Shown here: positions 55,581 through 64,000 of the stretch, piece by piece
Position numbering within the stretch: position 1 is the stretch's first letter
How the letters are laid out: each line of letters starts with the position of its first letter
Source of the DNA: a virus
Lineage: Duplodnaviria; Heunggongvirae; Uroviricota; Caudoviricetes
Virus record (IMG/VR): IMGVR_UViG_3300020048_000032
Location: 19,147 to 83,146 of that record
Reading direction: 5' to 3' (one strand)
DNA: 64,000 nucleotides
Notes under the pieces: model-generated
Seen by the model: only the letters and a program-made list of their open reading frames with translations
Databases searched by the model: none
What the model was told of the DNA's origin: nothing
Position numbers and translations under genes: made by a program

Positions 55581-55793
55581 TTATTCTTTTGATTCTGCTA
55601 GAGCTATTGGCTCTGGTCCTGCCATTGATTCTACTGCGTGTGCTAGACGACGTCTTGCATATTCTAAATTAACTTTTCCAGCTTCTGCTTCTAATAACTG
55701 ACGTTGTACTTCTAGTTCGTTTAAACTAACTTCAATTTGCATTTGTCTAATATACAATTCATCTTCTGAAAAATCTTTTAATAATTGTTCCAT
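55581..55793 (-). CDS. coiled-coil hypothetical protein
   Basis: ORF track. Confidence 0.45.
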   Translation of the reverse strand: MEQLLKDFSEDELYIRQMQIEVSLNELEVQRQLLEAEAGKVNLEYARRRLAHAVESMAGPEPIALAESKE

Positions 55794-55806
55794 GTTCCTC
55801 CTTTCT

Positions 55807-56775
55807 TTACAATCCTAATGAGACTAACATATACTCATTCATATTCTTTATTCTAACAGCGTTGGCAATAAGAGTATTTCTATAATAGTCTCGGCCAACA
55901 TCAACGGCATCTTTTCCTGGAGGCATTCTTACTAAGTATATCTCTGACTTAGAGTTATTTAATAGCTTGCCCACTAGTTCATCTACTTTATACTGTGTAG
56001 GGTCACGCATAATACCATCTTCTGGTTTTGCATCATTGTCAAGTGATACATAAATACGTTTTGAGTTTTTACCTACAATCTGGCGTATTTGCTCATCCGT
56101 TACAGATTTTCCATAAGTCGCAACAGAATCATATCCTGCAGCGATAGAAGTTAGTACTCCCTCGTTTATAATAATTTGTTCACAGTTTTCTTTTTGATTA
56201 TGCAAATTAAATACTGTGCGTGCTCTCGGACTATTCTTAGGATTCAGATACTTTGGCTCTAATCCAGTATAAGTGCGAGCGGAATACATATCTGTCCATT
56301 GAGTTGCAATGATTTTATTCGGAATAACAATACGCCCGAAAAATCTCATATTATCCTCTCGTGTAGGCACTCTCATATTGTACCATAAGACATCTTCATA
56401 AGATATCCCACGTTGATTTAAATATAAAACCGCAGGGTCATCTCGTAAAGGTACTTGCGTAGGTATCTTAAAAAACACAGGGTCCGTGGATTCCACAACT
56501 GCTGTAGATATTCCGGAAAATGTTTCCAGCGTCTTAAAAAACTTGCTAGTAGTTCCCTCTTGTAAATAATCATCGGAGGAAAGCTTGCCTTTCCAATCGC
56601 ATCGAAAACAATGAAACATAAGTGTATCATAACTTACATACAGTTTACGGTCTTCATATGTTTTCCCTAATTCTTTACAGTGGGGACATTCATAGCGTAA
56701 ATCATGAGATGAAGTATCATCAACATAGTTTTCACCAAAGTTTGTTATGATTGTGTATCTGTAGTTATTTGGCAT
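55807..56775 (-). CDS. DNA primase (zinc finger plus TOPRIM)
   Basis: CPHCKE...HCFRCDWKG; TOPRIM EGVLTSIAAGY...YVSLDNDAKPEDG. Confidence 0.7.
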   Translation of the reverse strand: MPNNYRYTIITNFGENYVDDTSSHDLRYECPHCKELGKTYEDRKLYVSYDTLMFHCFRCDWKGKLSSDDYLQEGTTSKFFKTLETFSGISTAVVESTDPVFFKIPTQVPLRDDPAVLYLNQRGISYEDVLWYNMRVPTREDNMRFFGRIVIPNKIIATQWTDMYSARTYTGLEPKYLNPKNSPRARTVFNLHNQKENCEQIIINEGVLTSIAAGYDSVATYGKSVTDEQIRQIVGKNSKRIYVSLDNDAKPEDGIMRDPTQYKVDELVGKLLNNSKSEIYLVRMPPGKDAVDVGRDYYRNTLIANAVRIKNMNEYMLVSLGL

Positions 56776-56787
56776 ACCTTTTCTCCT

Positions 56788-56821
56788 ATAAATAAATACT
56801 ATTAAAATAAATTACAAGCTA
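56788..56821 (-). promoter_or_regulatory. promoter class 2 upstream of primase (TAGCTT variant)
   Basis: Aligned copy. Confidence 0.45.
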
Positions 56822-57148
56822 GTCTTCTAAGATGCCTTGTCTTAATTTTTTAACACGTTCACGATAATTTTTATGAATTTTGTCATGACGCGCTGCTTTG
56901 TCGGTAAATTGTTTTGCTTTGCTCTGATAATCTCTTGCAGTGCTTAGCTCTATCTTTCTAAGAGCTAAATGCATTTCCGCTTGAGCACGTGCTGCTGCGA
57001 GTCTACGCCCAAGGTCTTCGTTCCATACATCATCTTTACTACAGTAAGCAATACCAATAACTTTTCGCATTTCGCAATAGTCTACTGGATACTCAATTCT
57101 ACACACAACAGTTCTCTTCTCTTCATTTACAGTATAGGTTGTAATCAT
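56819..57148 (-). CDS. hypothetical protein
   Basis: ORF track. Confidence 0.5.
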   Translation of the reverse strand: MITTYTVNEEKRTVVCRIEYPVDYCEMRKVIGIAYCSKDDVWNEDLGRRLAAARAQAEMHLALRKIELSTARDYQSKAKQFTDKAARHDKIHKNYRERVKKLRQGILED

Positions 57149-58545
57149 TAACGGTCCTCTTTTCCTTTGTAATTTGATTTTTTTGGTTCCCCGAATCCGG
57201 CTGCATTTGCAATATCATAAAGTTCATTCTTTCGCACTGCATAATCTGTTTCGCTCATTTCGGAAATTTTCTGCTGTGCTAATTCTAATTTTAGTCTAAT
57301 CCATTCCCCCGTAGTGCCTTCTCTTATCTTTGCAAGCAACATAGTCGCAATGTCAGCTTCTCGTTTAATCTTTCCAATTGTAAGTGTGATATCTACAATA
57401 TGAAGTTTCTTTGAGGATTCCGCAATACCAGAAAAAGGAATTACTTCTTCGTCATAGTATGCGTTCTTTGGCTGAGATGCGGTTAATACAACACATCTAT
57501 TATTAACTGCAATTGCCTTTAGCTTGTCATAAATCTTACCTCCGTTTTGATATAAGGCTTCGTGCTCTTCTGCAAAGTTATCTGCGTAGTCAATAATTAT
57601 CATGTCAAAGTGTACTTCATATTTATCCTGTAACTTATTGATAATTGCTCGCAGCTTATCTACGGACATTTCACCTGGGGCGAAACGCGTTGTAAATATT
57701 CTATTAAATATCTTCATAGTTTTAATACGAGGGTCATTCATTAAAACATTATTGTAATTTTCCGGATGTAGCGCATAAGTATCGATTGGCATCCCTGTTA
57801 GTCTGGCCATATATCTATTACCTGCGGTGATTTCATTCATATCTCCCAAGTAAACGTGGAATACATTGAATCCTTGGAAACTTGCAGCGAGTCCCTCATT
57901 AATTAAGAAGGATGTCTTACCGGTTCCGGGGGCAGCAACAACCGTAACGAGGTCTGTTGGCTTATACCCTTTATAGGTTAAGTGCTGATTTAGCGTTGGA
58001 AAGCTAGATTTTATAATTTTGTTCTGGTCAATTGAACCAAATAGTTCTTCTCTTATTTCAGAGTACATTGAGAAGTCGTCTAATCGCATAGCTTTTACAT
58101 CAGTTACTTGGTAATCATATGCCTGCAAGAAATCTTCCATGATTCCATCAATAGTATATGTCTTGTCACTTGTAGACTTTTGTGCAGCGTCTGAGATTAA
58201 CTCTTCAAATTTAGCCCGCTTAACAAAAGTTTCAATCGAGGCTAAAACAAATGGAACGTTAGAAATCTGTGCGTTTAATACCTCCGTGGTATCAGCAATA
58301 ATTTCTGATAAGTTACCAAGCTCTGGTTTATAATCTCGTTTCAATAAGAAATGCAGCTCAGGCTCTGTTGGCACTTTGTGATATGCTTTGTAGTATTGTG
58401 CAATTACTTTATATAAGAATTGATAATTGTTACTGCTAAAAAAGCTGTCTTTCATGTCATCTATGATACTTCCAAGTAAATTCGAATCATTAAGTATAGC
58501 GGTTAATACAATCTTTTGTAAGTCACTGCTGGTTTGAATTGCCAT
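57148..58545 (-). CDS. dnaB: DnaB-like replicative helicase
   Basis: Walker A AAPGTGKTSF; Walker B IIIDYADNF; 465 aa. Confidence 0.8.
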   Translation of the reverse strand: MAIQTSSDLQKIVLTAILNDSNLLGSIIDDMKDSFFSSNNYQFLYKVIAQYYKAYHKVPTEPELHFLLKRDYKPELGNLSEIIADTTEVLNAQISNVPFVLASIETFVKRAKFEELISDAAQKSTSDKTYTIDGIMEDFLQAYDYQVTDVKAMRLDDFSMYSEIREELFGSIDQNKIIKSSFPTLNQHLTYKGYKPTDLVTVVAAPGTGKTSFLINEGLAASFQGFNVFHVYLGDMNEITAGNRYMARLTGMPIDTYALHPENYNNVLMNDPRIKTMKIFNRIFTTRFAPGEMSVDKLRAIINKLQDKYEVHFDMIIIDYADNFAEEHEALYQNGGKIYDKLKAIAVNNRCVVLTASQPKNAYYDEEVIPFSGIAESSKKLHIVDITLTIGKIKREADIATMLLAKIREGTTGEWIRLKLELAQQKISEMSETDYAVRKNELYDIANAAGFGEPKKSNYKGKEDR

Positions 58546-60097
58546 TGGCTCCCTCTGCTTTCTCCAATAATAAATACTGCTCTAAAATTTTCTGAGTTTG
58601 TATTGAGTCAAATATATTTTCTTCTTTGACTCCAATAATATTAAGAAACATTTCTCGTCTAGCTACAGAGTGCCGATTTAGAATTGTATCCTTATCATCT
58701 GTAAAGTCTATTATGTATGCGTATTTGCCGCTCTTGCCTTTTCTTAAAACCCTACCGATACCTTGAATAAACACTCGTTGTTCTACTCCAACAGAGTATA
58801 ATACCACAACATCTAACACTGGGATATCTGCGCCCTCGTACATTACGGAGGTTGCAATCACAATATTTATTTCACCGCGAGTGAGCATTTCAACTGGGTC
58901 ATCAGGTTCTTTTTCAATTTCACCGGTACTGCCTTGTTTATAGTATTCATTTCCGCCAAAAACAGTTCTTGACAAATTACCTAAACCAAGTTGCCATAAT
59001 TCATTTAAAATCTGGAATGCAAAATCTTTTGTTTCCGCTAGGATTAATATTTTGCAGTTGGTACTTATAAAGGGTAATATTGAAAGCGCACACTGTTTAC
59101 TTCGGGTAATGGAGCCTACTCGGTGTTTTTTAATTGCTTGATAATCCACTCCATTATATTTATAGGCGTTCTTACTTTTTTTCTTTGGAAGCTCTTCGTC
59201 TGCCGCGTTATATACTCTAAACACAATCGGCGTTGCTAGTATTCCCTGATTTATGTAGTAGGCCGGTGGGAAATTGATAAGCAGCTTACCTGCAACCCCT
59301 ACAATTAAACTTTCATCAAAATCTAACTCTAATAAAGAAGAAAATTTTACTTTATCTTGACTTATGATTGATGCGGAAAATGCTAACTTAACCTCTAGGT
59401 TTTGTGCACTATCTAAAATCGTGCGCCAAGTTATTGCAGATAGGTGATGTCCTTCATCACATATAATGCAATTTAATGTTGCTAGACTGTCTTTATTTTT
59501 GTCTAGGTCATTATAGAGTGATGCAGGATGTGTAACCTTAATTCCGTCAATTGTACGGTCTGCTTTATATTCTGAAGACTCTATCCCATACTTTTTAAGT
59601 CGTGCAATAGTCTGATTAACTAACTTCACAGTAGGCTCAAGAATTATTATATTCGGATAGTAATTTAATTCACTATGCCAATACTTAATGATTGCACAAA
59701 TGATTTCTGTTTTACCTGAACCTGTTGCGAGTTGAAATATCCCGCTCTTTTCATTTAGAGCATATAATACTGAGATAACCTGGTCTTTACGTAAGACTAC
59801 GCTAGGTAGGATATTTTGTACCCTACCTAACATTTTTGTGATTGATTCGTTGTTAAACAATACTCTTGGTATCATTGTAGTACGTAGGTCTAGTATGTCT
59901 GTTACATCAAAAGGTAAAAAACTTAAATATCCGACTGGAATTTTTACTAAGCCTTCCTCTAAAATAAACATTTGTTGTCTCTCTTTTGTTTGAGGGTCGG
60001 TAAGTGTTAAGTAATTTAAAATATCCCGTACAAAGTCTTGATGTGCGTTTGCATACTCTTCATCAATAACTATATAGGTATTTGTTATCTTTATCAC
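58523..60097 (-). CDS. superfamily-2 DNA helicase (UvsW/SNF2-like, DExH box)
   Basis: Motif I LATGSGKTE; motif II CDEGHH; helicase C-domain motifs. Confidence 0.7.
   Translation of the reverse strand: MIKITNTYIVIDEEYANAHQDFVRDILNYLTLTDPQTKERQQMFILEEGLVKIPVGYLSFLPFDVTDILDLRTTMIPRVLFNNESITKMLGRVQNILPSVVLRKDQVISVLYALNEKSGIFQLATGSGKTEIICAIIKYWHSELNYYPNIIILEPTVKLVNQTIARLKKYGIESSEYKADRTIDGIKVTHPASLYNDLDKNKDSLATLNCIICDEGHHLSAITWRTILDSAQNLEVKLAFSASIISQDKVKFSSLLELDFDESLIVGVAGKLLINFPPAYYINQGILATPIVFRVYNAADEELPKKKSKNAYKYNGVDYQAIKKHRVGSITRSKQCALSILPFISTNCKILILAETKDFAFQILNELWQLGLGNLSRTVFGGNEYYKQGSTGEIEKEPDDPVEMLTRGEINIVIATSVMYEGADIPVLDVVVLYSVGVEQRVFIQGIGRVLRKGKSGKYAYIIDFTDDKDTILNRHSVARREMFLNIIGVKEENIFDSIQTQKILEQYLLLEKAEGANGNSNQQ
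58566..58599 (-). promoter_or_regulatory. promoter class 2 upstream of helicase (weak -35 AAACTC)
   Basis: Aligned copy. Confidence 0.4.
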
Positions 60098-61224
60098 TCA
60101 GTTGTCCCGTCCCAAAAGAACGGTATTTGTAGTGCATCTAACTCAAGCTTATTCTCTACAATCCAAGCTGTATTTAGATATGCCAACAGCTTTAAGATTT
60201 CTGGCTCAAAAGCATTCGCATGTATAACTCTTCTAAACTCTACAAGAGTCAATTCGCCTAGTAAATCCATCATATCTTTATAAGTGAGGTCTTTTGAGAA
60301 ATACAAATGAGGCTTCGCAGTCTTCAGTTTATCATGAATTAAGTCTGGGTCGGTAACCGTTGTTCTTGTGTTATCGTAGTAGAAATAATATTCAGGCAAT
60401 TTTTCATAAAGATTGGTTATCTTTTCTGATAACGATGGGTCAATAAACCCATATTCTTCTATAATCTCTCCTAACCATTGCGCAGCGTCTGTTGCTAGCT
60501 GTTTCGTAGATTGCATAGTTCTAAGTAATTGAATGGTCTCAAATAAAGAGAAACGGAATGATTCATCATTTTCAGGTTGGAATTCTGGCATATTAATTAT
60601 ACTGTACTCATAACCAGAGAAGTCAACATCCAATAATGAAAATGCATGCTTCTTACCAATAAGTTTAGCATCGAACACCTTGTAAACTTTAACGTTATTT
60701 AAAGTGTCTGTTCTAATCGCGAAACAAGTTATGCTTGCGGTTTCAGGAAAGAATATATTAATGGTATCAATAGTATAGCTTTCTGTGTGTCGAGTTTCTA
60801 CTGCAAGTAATCCAACTTTGGTACCATCAAAAAGTACTGTTCGTACTTGTACTTGGTTTTCTGCAAATTGTTCATACATCAGTGCTAGTTCAGAGACTTC
60901 CTCTTCTAAAGGATTTTCTAAGAATGAATAAATAACGGTCCCATCACCGTTTGTATACATTGGATGGTTCTCTAACTCTGCGGACCATCCTGTTAAAGCA
61001 TCAGTAAAATATTCCCATTTCACGGGATTAAATAAACTTAACTTAGTTGCTGCTTTAGTATTAGGTAAGCCTGCAATATCCGCAATATAATCTGATGCTG
61101 CTGGGTATAGTTCTAGATACTCTCCCGATGGTTCTAAAATCATGCTTGGAGCAATCCAGATGCTTCCTGGCACTAATACCATAATACTTAAGTCTATATC
61201 CTTAAATCTTTTAATTAGTCTCAT
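60094..61224 (-). CDS. hypothetical protein
   Basis: ORF track (376 aa). Confidence 0.55.
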   Translation of the reverse strand: MRLIKRFKDIDLSIMVLVPGSIWIAPSMILEPSGEYLELYPAASDYIADIAGLPNTKAATKLSLFNPVKWEYFTDALTGWSAELENHPMYTNGDGTVIYSFLENPLEEEVSELALMYEQFAENQVQVRTVLFDGTKVGLLAVETRHTESYTIDTINIFFPETASITCFAIRTDTLNNVKVYKVFDAKLIGKKHAFSLLDVDFSGYEYSIINMPEFQPENDESFRFSLFETIQLLRTMQSTKQLATDAAQWLGEIIEEYGFIDPSLSEKITNLYEKLPEYYFYYDNTRTTVTDPDLIHDKLKTAKPHLYFSKDLTYKDMMDLLGELTLVEFRRVIHANAFEPEILKLLAYLNTAWIVENKLELDALQIPFFWDGTTE

Positions 61225-61232
61225 ATGTCCTC

Positions 61233-61724
61233 CTAGGGCTTTTTGACCTGCTTAGCTAAATCTAAATAAGTTACACCTACTGCAAAAGCACTCCAAATGT
61301 CTGCCTTAACCCCATAAAAGAAATCAGGGTTATCCTTAGTTCCTTTACCATTTTTAAAATCAAACTTGGCAAAGCGCTTAATTAAGGCTGCTCTAATATT
61401 TGTATCTTTTGCTTTCATAGTCCCGCATAATACAATCTTTTCTTGTCTACGATATATGTACTCTACGGGTAATGTCTCTGCACATTCAATAAATCTTCCT
61501 ATCCATACACACGTCTCAAACACGTCTTTACCTACACCCATACCCATAAAACCTATCATCTCAATAATAACCTTATCTAAAGTAAAAGGTAGCTGGTCTC
61601 GGTGCCTAAGCCATATTGATAAACTTTCATTTGGTACTTTGCCTTTTTCTATTATTTCATATTCTGAGTTTATAACGCAATAAGCAGAAAAGATGTTGCC
61701 TGGGTCTATCGCTAAAATTTTCAT
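61233..61724 (-). CDS. RuvC-like Holliday-junction resolvase
   Basis: N-terminus MKILAIDPGNIFSAYCVI (RuvC ILGIDPG motif); 163 aa. Confidence 0.65.
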   Translation of the reverse strand: MKILAIDPGNIFSAYCVINSEYEIIEKGKVPNESLSIWLRHRDQLPFTLDKVIIEMIGFMGMGVGKDVFETCVWIGRFIECAETLPVEYIYRRQEKIVLCGTMKAKDTNIRAALIKRFAKFDFKNGKGTKDNPDFFYGVKADIWSAFAVGVTYLDLAKQVKKP

Positions 61725-61870
61725 TAAATCTCTTCACTACTGTACTTTTGTTTACGTCTGTTTTTCTTTTCGACACGAGAGATTTTTGAACTATTTTTTA
61801 CTTGTTCGTAATATTTTCGCAGTTCTTCATCTGTCATTTTAGTACGTGTCTTCCTAATTTTTACCTTCAT
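61725..61870 (-). CDS. small basic protein (48 aa), tentative
   Basis: MKVKIRKTRTKMTDEELRKYYEQVKNSSKISRVEKKNRRKQKYSSEEI; the start overlaps a class-2 promoter -10 element, so the true start may be the internal Met. Confidence 0.3.
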
Positions 61871-62088
61871 TTAATAAATACTCCTTTTTTATTTTTCAAG
61901 TTAGCTATTGTTTTGTCTTCTAAATATTTTTTATATAGGGATTGACTGACGCTACTCTCTGTCATGCTGTCATATTCTTTTATGGGGTATCTAGAACCAC
62001 AGTCATTATACTCAAGAAAGGAATCATCAAAACTGTCTTTAGGTTTTTCTTGAGGCAAAGCACTCATTTTCCACATCCGATATGCCAT
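61867..62088 (-). CDS. hypothetical protein
   Basis: ORF track. Confidence 0.45.
   Translation of the reverse strand: MAYRMWKMSALPQEKPKDSFDDSFLEYNDCGSRYPIKEYDSMTESSVSQSLYKKYLEDKTIANLKNKKGVFIK
61870..61903 (-). promoter_or_regulatory. promoter class 2 (TAACTT, 15 nt, AG, TATTTATTAA)
   Basis: Aligned copy. Confidence 0.45.
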
Positions 62089-62360
62089 AGGGTAGACCCA
62101 CCGGAACTGAGTAAAGGTTCAATGGAGATACCACCAATAGTACCACCGTTATCAACTGCATAAGACCATGTATATACAACGTCTGTTTCTTTATCGCATA
62201 CAACTCGTACTTGTAGAAAACCTACCTTTTGATAAGATAAAATCTCAAAACGTTCTCCAGATGTATCGACAGCTTTAATATCATTTCGCTTCGGAGCGAA
62301 CGTAAGAAGGCTCATAAGAACAACCGCTAATAATACTATAATCGATATTTCTTTTTTCAT
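62064..62360 (-). CDS. secreted/lipoprotein-like hypothetical protein
   Basis: N-terminal signal MKKEISIIVLLAVVLMSLLTFA. Confidence 0.5.
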   Translation of the reverse strand: MKKEISIIVLLAVVLMSLLTFAPKRNDIKAVDTSGERFEILSYQKVGFLQVRVVCDKETDVVYTWSYAVDNGGTIGGISIEPLLSSGGSTLWHIGCGK

Positions 62361-62502
62361 TTTGTTTCCTCTGTAATTAACCCAAGTCTTTTTAATATAA
62401 TATCCAAGTTTTTAATTTTTCTGCATGCAACATAATCTAAATTATACCATGTGTGCTTTCTATGCCTTTCTATAATATATTTGACAGTTAATCTGCGTTT
62501 CT

Positions 62503-62817
62503 TCATGTGTTGTCCTCAGCAGGGTCTTTGCTTTCCCAGTCAAACTTAGTTCCACACAAACAACAGTAGTCTTCTTTATCAGAAACCCAAGCACCACAAC
62601 GACATTCGCCATCAACTTCGCCACCCCAATATTCTCTTTTTATAGGAATCCAAACTAGTTCCTTTACGCTGTCTATCAATTCTCTAAACAATTCAAGATT
62701 ATGCTCAAGGTCTTTTTCACACTGTGCAAGGCATTCCTTCTTAACGTGAACTAAATATATTTGATACTTAATTTCAAAATCGTCTAATGCGTTTTCGTAT
62801 TCTTCCTTAGTTCTCAT
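62503..62817 (-). CDS. small zinc-ribbon protein linking the MRTKxEY and CGxxxDW(S/E)KD families
   Basis: N-terminus MRTKEEYENALDDF; C-terminus CRCGAW...CCLCGTKFDWESKD. Confidence 0.5.
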   Translation of the reverse strand: MRTKEEYENALDDFEIKYQIYLVHVKKECLAQCEKDLEHNLELFRELIDSVKELVWIPIKREYWGGEVDGECRCGAWVSDKEDYCCLCGTKFDWESKDPAEDNT

Positions 62818-63088
62818 TTTTCTCCTTACTTAATCTTTTTAGTATTTCGTTTACTTTTGTTCTATCTTCATCTTCAACTATTTTAGGAACATCTTTGAAA
62901 GTTTCAAATACATTCTTAGTAGGTAAGTTGTCTATCAGTTCTTGAAGTATATCAAAAGTTGAACCATATATTGTCTTTATGTCTTCATAAAGCTCGTGAC
63001 CATGCGAAATACCAATCTCTATGTCTATATTCCCAATCTTGTTTAGTGCGTCTTGATACTCTTGTTTAGTTTTCATCAATCCACCCAA
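62807..63088 (-). CDS. small protein, MKTKQEYQDAL family
   Basis: Same N-terminal motif as 3657..3805. Confidence 0.5.
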   Translation of the reverse strand: MGGLMKTKQEYQDALNKIGNIDIEIGISHGHELYEDIKTIYGSTFDILQELIDNLPTKNVFETFKDVPKIVEDEDRTKVNEILKRLSKEKNEN

Positions 63089-63317
63089 GTTCTTTCATTT
63101 GTTGTGTAATTGCAAGATGAAGGCTTACGTCTACTGGCGCTTGTGTTGTTCCTTTTGTATAATCGTCATAGAATACATCATAGAGTTGGGTTTGGTCATA
63201 AAATATAACGTGCTTCTTATTTTTATAATCATCTACAACCTTACTATATACTACGCAAACATCGTCATGTCTAATCAGACTATACCCTAACTTCCTAAAC
63301 ATTTCTTCTGCGTTCAT
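63066..63317 (-). CDS. hypothetical protein, paralog of 3794..4102
   Basis: C-terminus LHLAITQQMKELGWIDEN. Confidence 0.55.
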   Translation of the reverse strand: MNAEEMFRKLGYSLIRHDDVCVVYSKVVDDYKNKKHVIFYDQTQLYDVFYDDYTKGTTQAPVDVSLHLAITQQMKELGWIDEN

Positions 63318-63470
63318 AGTAGTCCTTGTTTTTCCAAGTAGGACAAGATAGTATTTCTTGCATCGGTTAAACTCATTTCAAGTTTTCCTACTTTAATTAC
63401 TTCTGCTTCATCACATAAATTATCTTTAAGATGCTGCCACGCTAAGAAATACATAAAAGCTACTGCTTGG

Positions 63471-63665
63471 TCAATCTTTATAGTATCCATGTAATTGTTC
63501 CTTTGTTAAAATTTTGTATATGTCCCGTAAAAGACCTAACTCTCTAACTAGTTGTGAATACTTATCCATATCGTAAATGACTGCGTTTTTTGCGGCAAAC
63601 TCTTTATTCCGCATTTCGTCTTGCGCATATGAGATAAGTGTTTGAATGTCATTATTATACATCAT
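63471..63665 (-). CDS. hypothetical protein
   Basis: ORF track. Confidence 0.45.
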   Translation of the reverse strand: MMYNNDIQTLISYAQDEMRNKEFAAKNAVIYDMDKYSQLVRELGLLRDIYKILTKEQLHGYYKD

Positions 63666-63868
63666 CTCTCTCCAGGTATGTCACAGATTTCATAAGGTTC
63701 GTCTAATAGGTCTTGTGGGCGTAAAATAATTCCAAGTCCAGCAAAAACTAGACCTTCATTCTCATAATAGACCACTTTCAATCGGTGACCTCTCCAGATA
63801 ATTTCACTTTTAACCTGGAGACCCATGGCCTGTAAAAGGTTTTCGTTAGTAAACGTTCTAGTAGGCAT
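63662..63868 (-). CDS. hypothetical protein
   Basis: ORF track. Confidence 0.45.
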   Translation of the reverse strand: MPTRTFTNENLLQAMGLQVKSEIIWRGHRLKVVYYENEGLVFAGLGIILRPQDLLDEPYEICDIPGER

Positions 63869-64000
63869 TAGAGTAACTCTGGGGTAGAAAGCAAAACTTC
63901 ATTAACAGTTAATCCTGTTTGCCATTTTGTGGGTTCTCCCGCATATCTTTTGTAGAGCCCTGTTTCGTTAATACTATACACCATAGTAAATCCGGAGAGT
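63867..64000 (-). CDS. hypothetical protein, C-terminal part only; gene runs off the right edge
   Basis: Frame open from the window edge to a TAA that overlaps the ATG of 63662..63868 (TAATG). Confidence 0.3.

Noticed and set aside
56418-56630. Minus-strand 70-aa ORF nested in the primase gene
   Set aside because: Alternative frame fully inside the 322-aa primase ORF, which carries zinc-finger and TOPRIM motifs.
31001-61683. Remaining plus-strand ORFs from the track (31001, 32144, 34229, 35095, 35552, 35891, 36615, 37965/37984, 39326, 39710, 40604, 43934, 46548, 47712, 49260, 49581, 49853, 51531, 51835, 52340, 53913, 56969, 58139, 60038, 61366, 61942, 63099) and nested minus ORFs 32484..32756, 47050..47244, 22117..22344(+), 12274..12468(+), 13201..13398(+), 15250..15438(+), 29063..29269(+), 28665..28904(+)
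   Set aside because: Each overlaps a longer minus-strand gene that fits the operon packing, lacks an RBS and has antisense-like composition.
1-64000. CRISPR arrays, integrase/attachment sites, prophage boundaries
   Set aside because: No regularly spaced direct repeats with unique spacers and no tyrosine/serine recombinase signatures. Gene content is that of a virulent phage segment.

Overview
This window is AT-rich phage DNA (roughly one third G+C). Almost every gene is on the minus strand and genes are tightly packed or overlapping. It looks like the early/replication region plus some packaging genes of a large virulent Firmicutes-type myovirus, SPO1/Herelleviridae-like by gene content (inference only).

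Genes I could recognise from motifs:
- Replication and repair: family A DNA polymerase with 3'-5' exonuclease, a phage thioredoxin next to it, FEN/RNase H-like 5' nuclease, DnaB-like helicase, TOPRIM primase, SF2 (UvsW-like) helicase, RecA/Sak4-like ATPase, putative SSB, RuvC-like resolvase, SbcC/SbcD (gp46/47-like), DenV-like glycosylase.
- RNA-related: RtcB RNA ligase, two metallophosphoesterases, an ATP-dependent RNA ligase, a Pol-beta-type nucleotidyltransferase.
- Morphogenesis: large terminase, a portal-like protein, a GroEL-like chaperonin.
- Others: SPFH/band-7 protein, SprT-like metalloprotease, sigma/regulator-like proteins, GIY-YIG and HNH homing endonucleases.
- At least seven confidently folded tRNAs (Ser, Glu, Trp, fMet-like, Thr, Tyr, Met/Ile) plus several tRNA-like segments I could not fold cleanly.

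Observations worth a second look:
1. A 2.9-kb ORF-free, relatively GC-rich, hairpin-dense block (16332-19191) between the GIY-YIG endonuclease and the phosphoesterase/RtcB genes.
2. A three-copy family of roughly 115-146-nt tRNA-like structured RNAs with compensatory acceptor-stem changes.
3. Two promoter classes, each with several strongly conserved copies.
4. Several multi-copy protein families, and a duplicated two-gene module with identical DNA at both ends of the window.
5. An apparent tRNA-repair/replenishment gene set.
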